The notes below the pieces were generated by a model. It was not told the DNA's origin. It saw only the letters and a program-made list of their open reading frames with translations, and ran no database searches. Positions 10,129 to 17,765 of a stretch of 32,790 bases of DNA are shown here, piece after piece. A program made the translations under genes and the position numbers. Source of the DNA: an uncultured Clostridia bacterium (GTDB lineage Bacteria > Bacillota > Clostridia > Christensenellales > UBA1242); NCBI GenBank assembly GCA_944360025.1, contig CALVTF010000003.1:1-32790 (forward strand), read 5' to 3'. Each line of letters starts with the position of its first letter. The stretch's first letter is position 1.

Positions 10129-10177
10129 AGACTTTTTTATGATTTTAAAAAAATATTTGATAATACTTAAAATTCGT

Positions 10178-10205
10178 TTGCAAAATATTTTTAATATGAT
10201 ATAAT
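10178..10205 (+). promoter_or_regulatory. Sigma-A-like promoter for spoVG
   Basis: TTGCAA (10178-83), 16 bp spacer, extended -10 TGaTATAAT (10197-10205). Confidence 0.55.
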
Positions 10206-10249
10206 TATCTTGACCGTAATGGTTAATCTAAAAAAGGAAGGTATAAGAG

Positions 10250-10519
10250 GTGAAAATTACAGACATTAGAGTAAGACTTGTAAACAACAACGACAAACTT
10301 AAAGCGGTTGCCTCAATAACAATCGACGACGAACTTGTTGTTCACGACATCAAAGTCATCAATGGTAAGGACGGATATTTCCTTTCAATGCCATCAAGAA
10401 AAACTAACGAAGGAGATTTCAAAGACATTGTTCATCCAATCAAAACTGAAGTTAGAGAAAACTTGAAAGAATTGATCCTTGCTGAATACGAAAAAGCACT
10501 TGCAAGTGAACAAAACTAA
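10250..10519 (+). CDS. spoVG: Septation regulator SpoVG
   Basis: MKITDIRVR...LKAVASITIDD..VVHDIKVI.G..G.FLSMPSRK...FKDIVHPI..E.RE; GTG start. Confidence 0.96.
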   Translation: MKITDIRVRLVNNNDKLKAVASITIDDELVVHDIKVINGKDGYFLSMPSRKTNEGDFKDIVHPIKTEVRENLKELILAEYEKALASEQN

Positions 10520-10531
10520 GTGTGAATATCA

Positions 10532-10561
10532 AAAAAAAGTATGCAAAATGCATACTTTTTT
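10532..10561 (+). terminator. Intrinsic terminator of spoVG
   Basis: AAAAAAGTATGCA-aaa-TGCATACTTTTTT perfect hairpin with T tract. Confidence 0.85.
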
Positions 10562-10620
10562 ATTTTTAACAAACTTTTACAATTAGGCAAAATATTTATA
10601 ATTATCTCTCTAAAAGCCTA

Positions 10621-10649
10621 TTGACAACAGCAATCTTTTATGCTAAAAT
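10621..10649 (+). promoter_or_regulatory. Sigma-A promoter of orphan gene 10674
   Basis: TTGACA (10621-26), 17 bp, TAAAAT (10644-49) with extended TG. Confidence 0.75.
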
Positions 10650-10673
10650 TAATGTTTGTAAAAGAGGTTAAGA

Positions 10674-11543
10674 ATGAACAAAATTTGTATAATAAGAACA
10701 AAACAAGATTTGATAGATCTTGTAGAATCACAAAAGTCTTTCGACGTTGACATTTTAGAACTTAGTGGACTAGAAAAAATTGACGAAAGCGTGACCACAT
10801 TTGAAACGGAGTTTGGAAAGGTTTATGGTTTAAGCGATATCTTCTTCCCAAATTTAGAAGAAATTTATTATATAAATCCAAAAGGCTCAGTTATCGGAAA
10901 AACTAAACCAATTTTTTCTAATTCCAACTTAAAACATGTTGTATTGAATTGCCAAAAAGTACTTGGAAATGTTTTTTTAGACTGTAAAAATCTAGAAACT
11001 GTTTTACTTGCCGGAACAAAAGAAATGACACAAAAAATGGTAAGCGGATTTGGAAAAGAAATAACAATTGAAATTCCAAATAGTTGCAAACTTTTACATT
11101 TAATTTCTGCTATAGATTATAGACAAAAAATAAATTTGCCTGTTGACATGTCGGAAGGCTATCCTATAGCAAAAAATAATATGGAAATATCATACGTTTG
11201 CAACAATCATATAAACGCGACATGCACTACCAACTGTTTTTATCAAAATTATGGAAAAGAAACATATATGCAAATGATAGCATATGATCCTATGCTCTAT
11301 TATTACCTTCCAGAAAAATATTGCACTCCAGAATTTAATAGTATTGCAAAACTTACAATAGCAAAATTTTATGAAAATCTTGCAAATAACATGCAAAATT
11401 TGACCGAAGACGAAATTAGAAAATACAATCAAGGATTAAACCTAATTAGCCAAAAATTTGAAAGTTTCGAAAATCCAAGAACGGTATTTTCCAAAAATGT
11501 TAACATAATGTTAGAAAAAACAAAAAATCCTTATCAAAAATAA
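10674..11543 (+). CDS. Hypothetical protein with degenerate BspA-type leucine-rich repeats
   Basis: 289-aa ORF with GAGG RBS, own promoter and terminator; FSNSNLKHVVL / VFLDCKNLETVLL resemble LRR_5 repeats. Confidence 0.6.
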   Translation: MNKICIIRTKQDLIDLVESQKSFDVDILELSGLEKIDESVTTFETEFGKVYGLSDIFFPNLEEIYYINPKGSVIGKTKPIFSNSNLKHVVLNCQKVLGNVFLDCKNLETVLLAGTKEMTQKMVSGFGKEITIEIPNSCKLLHLISAIDYRQKINLPVDMSEGYPIAKNNMEISYVCNNHINATCTTNCFYQNYGKETYMQMIAYDPMLYYYLPEKYCTPEFNSIAKLTIAKFYENLANNMQNLTEDEIRKYNQGLNLISQKFESFENPRTVFSKNVNIMLEKTKNPYQK

Positions 11544-11552
11544 GGATTTTTT
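11523..11552. terminator. Bidirectional terminator overlapping the stop codon of 10674, shared with convergent ypeB
   Basis: AAAAATCCTTAT-caaaa-ATAAGGATTTTT inverted repeat. Confidence 0.75.
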
Positions 11553-11555
11553 CAT

Positions 11556-13040
11556 TTACATTAATTTAGAACTATCATTTGTCTCAACAACTTTTAAAAT
11601 ATTTTCCTCTTTCCCTGTTTTAGCATTGAAATAAAAGTAATATGTTATCCCCTCTTTTTCGGCTTCATATTCATAACACAAAACTTCTCTATTATAATCA
11701 AGTGGAGCAAGAACAAGGCGTTTTTCTTTTAAAGTAAAACCTGAAGGCAAAGTAACTTCTAAATCTCCTGCACCACCTAACTCACGTGAGGTGTGATTTG
11801 TAAAGTAAGTGATTGCATCATAACCAATAACATTTCCATATTCCATATCCACCTTTACTTTTACAAGTTCAGGGTAAATAATAACATTATCGACTATAGG
11901 TGCAATATTAAAATATGCTTGATTGTTTAATTCTTCTTGCCAAACAATTTTAGCCTTTTCAATTCCATTGCGTTTAGCAAAATCAAGAGCAATTTTTCCA
12001 CCATTTTCCATATCTATATTCTTTATGTCGGAAAGATTTTGTCCACTTACTGTTAAAATATGTCCACCTTGTTTTAAAACTTGAACATATAAATCCTGTG
12101 AATCGGTAGTCATTAATGAGTAATTATAAGTTTCAAATTTCCCATTTGTATCACCTTCATAATTAATACTACTTATATCTTTAAATACTTCCTCTATTTC
12201 TTTAATAGCGTCATCTTTTGTAATTTCGTTTCCGCTAAGACCTTTAACTTCACTGTTAACCACAGAGTCAGAGAATGGTCCATCGTATATCATAGTTGGG
12301 TAATCGACGTCCATAGATTTAATTTGATTAAAATCAACTGTAAAAGAATTAAGGTCTCCATTTGCTTCATTGCTAGAAAGCAAAATACTATAACCGTCTC
12401 TCATATTTTCCGACATTCTATTTAAATTTTGTTTCATACTTATAAGTGTTTCATGTAATTCTTTTAATGTTTCAACGTCATCATCTGAAAGCGTTCCTCC
12501 ATTTGCCACCTTTTCTTCTAAAGTTTGTGTATAACCTGATAGTTGATTAACAAACCTTACACTATCTAAAACATTCTCTCCGGTAAGCGGAAGCATTGAC
12601 ATATTATTTTGCATACTATTCGCTGCATCTGCAATTTCAAGTAAAAGTTTCTTTTGATAAGCAGTATCATTGGAGTTGACAAGTTTGCTTATTTCCATAT
12701 CTGCATTATTGACATTGTCAACTAGGTCATAATAATTTTGTTTATAAATACTTTCAAGTTGAGTGCCATATGTATTTGCCTGTGATTGAGTAACTCCATA
12801 GGCAATTCCAAGTCCCGCTGTTGTTACTGCCAAGATGCTAACTGCGACAGTGAGACCTATTACTGCACTTTTATATTTTTTCATTTTTGCGCGATTTTTC
12901 CTTTCTTGACGTTCTCTATTTCTTCGTTGTTGTCTACTTTCTCTTTGGGTTTGTTCAATTAAATTATTGTTTTTTGCGTTCAAATTAGCATTTTTTTGCA
13001 AATTTTGTGCATTATTTTTTGTTTTTTCGTTATTACTCAT
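11556..13040 (-). CDS. ypeB: Spore germination protein YpeB
   Basis: N-terminal TM anchor, YPTMIYDGPFSD signature, IYPELVKVKV, C-terminal PepSY-like LCYEY...NAKTGKEENIL; directly downstream of sleB. Confidence 0.93.
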   Translation of the reverse strand: MSNNEKTKNNAQNLQKNANLNAKNNNLIEQTQRESRQQRRNRERQERKNRAKMKKYKSAVIGLTVAVSILAVTTAGLGIAYGVTQSQANTYGTQLESIYKQNYYDLVDNVNNADMEISKLVNSNDTAYQKKLLLEIADAANSMQNNMSMLPLTGENVLDSVRFVNQLSGYTQTLEEKVANGGTLSDDDVETLKELHETLISMKQNLNRMSENMRDGYSILLSSNEANGDLNSFTVDFNQIKSMDVDYPTMIYDGPFSDSVVNSEVKGLSGNEITKDDAIKEIEEVFKDISSINYEGDTNGKFETYNYSLMTTDSQDLYVQVLKQGGHILTVSGQNLSDIKNIDMENGGKIALDFAKRNGIEKAKIVWQEELNNQAYFNIAPIVDNVIIYPELVKVKVDMEYGNVIGYDAITYFTNHTSRELGGAGDLEVTLPSGFTLKEKRLVLAPLDYNREVLCYEYEAEKEGITYYFYFNAKTGKEENILKVVETNDSSKLM

Positions 13041-13050
13041 TTTTTACCTC

Positions 13051-13734
13051 CTATATTGCAAATACATGCTTCCCAATCGTCACAATTGTTTTTCTTGACC
13101 AAATCCACGAACTTGTTGCAGTCGCTGGATTATAGTAATACAAACTTCCATATGTAGGATCCCATCCATTTAAAGCATCACGCGCAGCATTATAAGCCGT
13201 CTGGTCAGGTTCAAGATTGATTTGTCCATCACTTACTGCGGTGAATGCATATGGTTGATAAATAACGCCCGCAATAGTGTTTGGAAACTTTTCACTTTCT
13301 ACGCGGTTTAAAATTACCGCTGCCACTGCAACTTGTCCAACATAACTTTCTCCTCTAGCCTCTGCATAAACACATTTTGCAAGAAGATATAAATCATTAT
13401 TAGACACAGAATTGTCATCGCTTGCAAGGTAAAATCCAATAGCAGCCGCAGTTTTAGGTCCTACAATACCATCAACGGCAAGCCCATTATTTTGTTGAAA
13501 TTTACGAACAGCACTTCTAGTTTTGCTACCATATATACCATCAACACTTCCTGTATAATATCCCCAATTCTTAAGCCTTTGTTGCACAAGACGGATTTGA
13601 CTTGTAGAAAGCGATGCTGCTGACACACTTTCTGAATGATATGTATGGTATGTACCTATCATAATTGTTGTTATACCTATCCCTGCTACTAAAAAAACCA
13701 AGACAGAGATTATGGCAAAAATTCTTTTTTTCAT
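13051..13734 (-). CDS. sleB: Spore cortex-lytic enzyme SleB
   Basis: Signal/TM segment, PG-binding domain (VQQRLKNWGYYTGSVDGIYG...DGIVGPKT), Hydrolase_2 domain (EARGESYVGQVAVAAVILNRV, FPNTIAGVIYQ, GWDPT). Confidence 0.95.
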   Translation of the reverse strand: MKKRIFAIISVLVFLVAGIGITTIMIGTYHTYHSESVSAASLSTSQIRLVQQRLKNWGYYTGSVDGIYGSKTRSAVRKFQQNNGLAVDGIVGPKTAAAIGFYLASDDNSVSNNDLYLLAKCVYAEARGESYVGQVAVAAVILNRVESEKFPNTIAGVIYQPYAFTAVSDGQINLEPDQTAYNAARDALNGWDPTYGSLYYYNPATATSSWIWSRKTIVTIGKHVFAI

Positions 13735-13742
13735 TTTCCCTC

Positions 13743-14267
13743 CTAATTTATGATATTATTTATAATTTCCCAAATTTTTGAAATATAAACATAATTTTCA
13801 GATTTTTTTGTTTCAAGAAAACAAAATGGAGGATAAACCACACACCACCAATTATCACCTTCGCCTGTGCCAAGTGCTAAAATAAGCGCATCATAAAATC
13901 CTTCTTCCAAAACTAAATCGTCATATTCACGAGTTGGAAATTCTTCAAAAGAAATATATGCTTTTGATTTATAGGTAAAGCCATTTGCTAATAAAACGGC
14001 ATCTGCCACACCCTCAATATTTTCTAAATTTGCATTCATAATGCTTTCAGCCTCTTCTTTAGTTTCTGCTTCACTTAAAAGAGGAATGAGGTATTCTACA
14101 ACTTCATCTTTAACAAGATATTTGACATTTTGGTCAACTGCTGAATTTGAATTTGCTCTAATATGGATCCGAAAATATTCACTATCTGCACTTGCAGTTG
14201 TCGTTCCACAAAAAACTAAAATTAAGATGATTGCAATAACGCTTACTGAAGATAAAATATATTTCAT
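13743..14267 (-). CDS. spoIIR: Stage II sporulation protein R
   Basis: RIHIRANSNSAVDQNVKYLVKD, FPTREY, LGTGEGDNWWCVVYPPFCF signatures; signal peptide. Confidence 0.95.
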   Translation of the reverse strand: MKYILSSVSVIAIILILVFCGTTTASADSEYFRIHIRANSNSAVDQNVKYLVKDEVVEYLIPLLSEAETKEEAESIMNANLENIEGVADAVLLANGFTYKSKAYISFEEFPTREYDDLVLEEGFYDALILALGTGEGDNWWCVVYPPFCFLETKKSENYVYISKIWEIINNIIN

Positions 14268-14364
14268 AACAACCTCACAGAGTCATTTTTGACGAAAATA
14301 TTAAAAAAAATATAAAAAATTTGTTGATTTTTATTAAATTTTATTGAAAATTATAAAATAAAAA

Positions 14365-14391
14365 ATAAAGACTGAAATTTTCAGCCTTTAT
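14365..14391 (-). terminator. Intrinsic terminator downstream of the SPOCS gene
   Basis: ATAAAGACTGAA-att-TTCAGCCTTTAT inverted repeat (G.U on the minus strand) followed by a T-rich tract on the minus strand. Confidence 0.6.
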
Positions 14392-14411
14392 ATTTATAAA
14401 CTAAATATTAA

Positions 14412-15932
14412 TCAATTTTTAACTTTTTGAAAATATAAAACAATACTTGTATCTTCTTGAAGAGGAAATGTTATTTCAGGATTTTGAATTTGAACCATTT
14501 CTTCACTTACTCGATATTGCTTTGCTATATCCCAAGAATCTGTTCCACTCTTAGCGTAAACAAGTTCGACACTGCAATCTCGCTCTAGCATTTCACCTTT
14601 TGTTTCCACACTGCTAATAACTGCAGATACTTCTTCACAGTCATATTCCACTCTAACCTTTAACTTCCCATCAAAAAAGAGTTCCCTTCCCTTTTTTGCA
14701 ACAACGTCAACGTCATAAAGTATAGCAGAAACCGAAATATTTGGATTTTCACAAGGCGCTGTGGTTTTATCCGAAACCACAAACGGGACTTCGACAACCA
14801 CAGAATTGTTGGAATTTTCCTCATCATTAAGATAAACTACATTTGCCTTTGCCACACCTTCCACAAAAATTTCACCATTTTGAATATATGCATTAGAAAG
14901 AGAAAGTTCAGTTCCTGCCACAAATAGAACTTTATCAATTCTAGGTTTATCTTCATCAAGCGTTAAGTTTCCATCAATTTTTGTTTCAAAATAATCTGCT
15001 GGCAAACTTTTGGTCATATCAAAAGAAGAGGTGGAAACTTCAAGTTCTTCAGTTTGACTATATAAGTCTTTTATAACAGAAACTTGCTTTTCCTCATATG
15101 CACACACTTTGATAGATACAGGCACATTGATTTTGATGGACACGCCCCTATCTTGTTCGACAACGTCACATTTAACTTGACTATGCTTTACAAATGCTTT
15201 TGCTTCAACTATTGAGTTTTGGCTAACTCCCTCAAGTTCAATTTCTTCCTTAAAATTTTCAGTAACAAAACTAGTTTCGTATCTATCATTTTCAGTGAGA
15301 TAAAGAATTCGATTTACTACCTCTCCCGATACTGAAACAAAATTAACACCACCCTCAACATTTTTTACTGAAACTTGACTTTCACACAAAATTACTTTCC
15401 TAACAGGCTCTTTAATAGAAATTTCACTGTCCATTGTGAAAACTTCACTCGCTTCACCAATAAAAGTGTTGACATATATTTCTTCTTTTTTTGTACAAAT
15501 GTCATCATCAATAGGCATGATACTCTCAACGTCTTGACAGGAAATAATTACTCCACTTTGTCCAACTGTGCAGTTGATTTTAACATTTGAGTTTGTCACG
15601 CTGTCGATAGAATAATTTGTAACTTCGCATTTAATACCAACCTTGTCACCTAAACAAATTGCACCATCCTCAAATTTAGAAGAAAAAGGGCAAGAAGAAT
15701 TGAGAGTGCAAATTTCACCATCAACTGTGGAATATAGTACGCAAATATCAATAGTACCGCTATAATTCACAACACCATTTATCACTTCTGCATTTTCGGC
15801 TTGAGCAGAGTGACATACCGAAAAGATTTTTCCAATTTCATTTTCAAGAGGAATATTACATTCCACATTGAACTCACTTTTAGGCAATCTTTTCTTTTTC
15901 ACAACCTGAAACTTATTTTTTTCAAAAGACAT
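14412..15932 (-). CDS. SPOCS/DUF3794 repeat spore coat morphogenetic protein (SipL-like) with degenerate C-terminal LysM
   Basis: Three beta-rich repeats (V..SG.....LY......PF) and C-terminal GTDSWDIAKQYRVS.E.V...N LysM-like motif; start moved to ATG 15932 (MSFEKNKF) because of the GGAGGGG RBS. Confidence 0.8.
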   Translation of the reverse strand: MSFEKNKFQVVKKKRLPKSEFNVECNIPLENEIGKIFSVCHSAQAENAEVINGVVNYSGTIDICVLYSTVDGEICTLNSSCPFSSKFEDGAICLGDKVGIKCEVTNYSIDSVTNSNVKINCTVGQSGVIISCQDVESIMPIDDDICTKKEEIYVNTFIGEASEVFTMDSEISIKEPVRKVILCESQVSVKNVEGGVNFVSVSGEVVNRILYLTENDRYETSFVTENFKEEIELEGVSQNSIVEAKAFVKHSQVKCDVVEQDRGVSIKINVPVSIKVCAYEEKQVSVIKDLYSQTEELEVSTSSFDMTKSLPADYFETKIDGNLTLDEDKPRIDKVLFVAGTELSLSNAYIQNGEIFVEGVAKANVVYLNDEENSNNSVVVEVPFVVSDKTTAPCENPNISVSAILYDVDVVAKKGRELFFDGKLKVRVEYDCEEVSAVISSVETKGEMLERDCSVELVYAKSGTDSWDIAKQYRVSEEMVQIQNPEITFPLQEDTSIVLYFQKVKN

Positions 15933-16073
15933 AACCCCTCCAAAATCAAAAACTATTATAATATACTGATAAAATTTCGCCATTAGAACAAAAAAGTTTA
16001 AAAACCTTCAATTTAGGAAAAAATGAATGTGCGAGATATTAAATTTAGATATATCAAATATAAAGAGGTATTT

Positions 16074-16307
16074 ATGAGAAAAATAATATATGGATTAAAT
16101 GAAGTAAAGGAAAAGATAAAAAACTTAAAAGGACAAAATGTAGAAATGAAAATAAATCGAGGGCGAAAAAAGATAGACACCGTGACAGCCACCATAACTG
16201 ACGTCTATCCAAGCGTGTTTACCATTAAAACCCTTGACGAAAAACTTCAAACTTTTTCTTATTTTGATGTTCTTTGTGGAGATGTTTGTATTAGTGATAA
16301 TTTTTAA
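16074..16307 (+). CDS. veg: Veg family protein
   Basis: KINRGRKK, ITDVYPSVFTI, FSYFDVLCGDV; start at ATG 16074 after GAGG RBS. Confidence 0.9.
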   Translation: MRKIIYGLNEVKEKIKNLKGQNVEMKINRGRKKIDTVTATITDVYPSVFTIKTLDEKLQTFSYFDVLCGDVCISDNF

Positions 16308-16418
16308 TCTACTTTGCTTATTTCAAACATTTGTACAAATTTAAAACATTTTATAAAGATATATTTTTGTATAATCTATAATTTCACGTTTAAACTTCTA
16401 AAAAATTTTTGTAAACCC

Positions 16419-16447
16419 TTGACTCCCCCCCCCTGCTATGTTATAAT
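16419..16447 (+). promoter_or_regulatory. Sigma-A promoter with a poly-C(9) tract in the spacer
   Basis: TTGACT (16419-24), CCCCCCCCCTGCTATGT (17 bp), TATAAT (16442-47), extended TG. Confidence 0.8.
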
Positions 16448-16465
16448 TAACTTAAGATAAGGAGA

Positions 16466-17038
16466 ATGAGTATGAAAAATTATATAACTTATGATTTAAT
16501 TAACAGCCCATTAAGAAGATGTGGTGGTTATGGAAAAGCCAATGGTTGCACAGATGAACAAACTGCCTTTGGAAATTATCTTTATGCCATTGAACTTTTG
16601 TCAGGAACATACAATCACCCAAACAAAGTATATGCCCAAGGTAAAATTGATATGGCAAAAGAAGTTTTGGAAGATATTGCAAATGCATGTATTGATAAAG
16701 ATAATAAAAAAGTAAATTTTAATGAATTAGATTTCATAAATAGATACCGCAGAGGAAATGGAAATCTATCTAGTATAAGTGGTCTTATCCCTTATGTAAT
16801 CCATTATGTCGCATTAAAACAAGGATTAAATTTTGAATATTCAAACGGCGAAATTTTAGATAATCGTCAAATGTTTAAAGTTCCATCTGTCACAGACGAG
16901 CAAATGATATCTTCGGTTATTTTAACATTAAATAAATATAGAGAAAATATGAGAGAGACAAATCCTAACTTAGCAAATAATCGCGACTATCAACCTATCT
17001 CACTAGATAAATATCTTCAAACAGAGAAACAAATGTAA
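16466..17038 (+). CDS. Hypothetical protein (no recognisable family)
   Basis: 190-aa ORF, AGGAG RBS (true start may be the second ATG at 16472), own promoter and terminator. Confidence 0.7.
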   Translation: MSMKNYITYDLINSPLRRCGGYGKANGCTDEQTAFGNYLYAIELLSGTYNHPNKVYAQGKIDMAKEVLEDIANACIDKDNKKVNFNELDFINRYRRGNGNLSSISGLIPYVIHYVALKQGLNFEYSNGEILDNRQMFKVPSVTDEQMISSVILTLNKYRENMRETNPNLANNRDYQPISLDKYLQTEKQM

Positions 17039-17069
17039 AAAATAACTTCCAAACGGAAGTTATTTTTTT
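17037..17069 (+). terminator. Intrinsic terminator (probably bidirectional)
   Basis: AAAAAATAACTTCC-aaac-GGAAGTTATTTTTT. Confidence 0.85.
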
Positions 17070-17129
17070 AATTTATTCTATTAAATATCTACAAAATTTT
17101 AATTTAAAATTAATTATAAAAACTTTACT

Positions 17130-17666
17130 CTAATTTAATTTACTTTTTTGTTCTTCAATATACTCTTTTATCTTTTTATAGTTTTCATAAGGTTTTTCAA
17201 TATGTGAAAAGATAAAGGCACTTGCCTGACCATTTATTGGACTTGACATACTGCCAAAACGAAGAGATCCGGTATCTTTATGAACAATTTTATCAAAAAG
17301 TGAAACATAAACATCGATTGCCCCTATCATTTTTATGTCAAGAGATTTATAGTCAATACCAATAATCCCGGTTCTCATAATAACACGTTTGTTTGTATAG
17401 GCATAAAAAGTCTTTTTATACCACATATATGTGAAAATAATTACCAACACTTCAAGCAAAATCAAAATTCCAAATGGCAACAAAAGCCAAATTGCATCTA
17501 ATGGTTCAAACCCTTCTCCTGGCACAAACATACCAATACAGGCAATAGCAACAAAGAAAAGTAGATATAAAAACGAAACAATAACAGTTTTTACAAAAAG
17601 TTTGGTCTTATTAGGTTTAAAAATGTCCACAATTTCTTCATCTTTATCTAAAATTTTATCAAACAT
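17130..17666 (-). CDS. Membrane protein with bacterial PH (bPH_2) domain
   Basis: Two TM helices followed by YAYTNKRVIMRTGIIG...DTGSLRF; AGGAGG RBS. Confidence 0.75.
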   Translation of the reverse strand: MFDKILDKDEEIVDIFKPNKTKLFVKTVIVSFLYLLFFVAIACIGMFVPGEGFEPLDAIWLLLPFGILILLEVLVIIFTYMWYKKTFYAYTNKRVIMRTGIIGIDYKSLDIKMIGAIDVYVSLFDKIVHKDTGSLRFGSMSSPINGQASAFIFSHIEKPYENYKKIKEYIEEQKSKLN

Positions 17667-17723
17667 ATGTATCCTCCTCTTAATATAGATATATTATATC
17701 ATATTATTAATATGTATACAAAT

Positions 17724-17751
17724 AAAAAAGTGGATAAATTTACCCACTTTT
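17724..17751 (-). terminator. Intrinsic terminator of ppdK
   Basis: AAAAAGTGG-ataaatttac-CCACTTTTT inverted repeat just after the ppdK stop. Confidence 0.75.
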
Positions 17752-17765
17752 CATAACTTTTTAAA

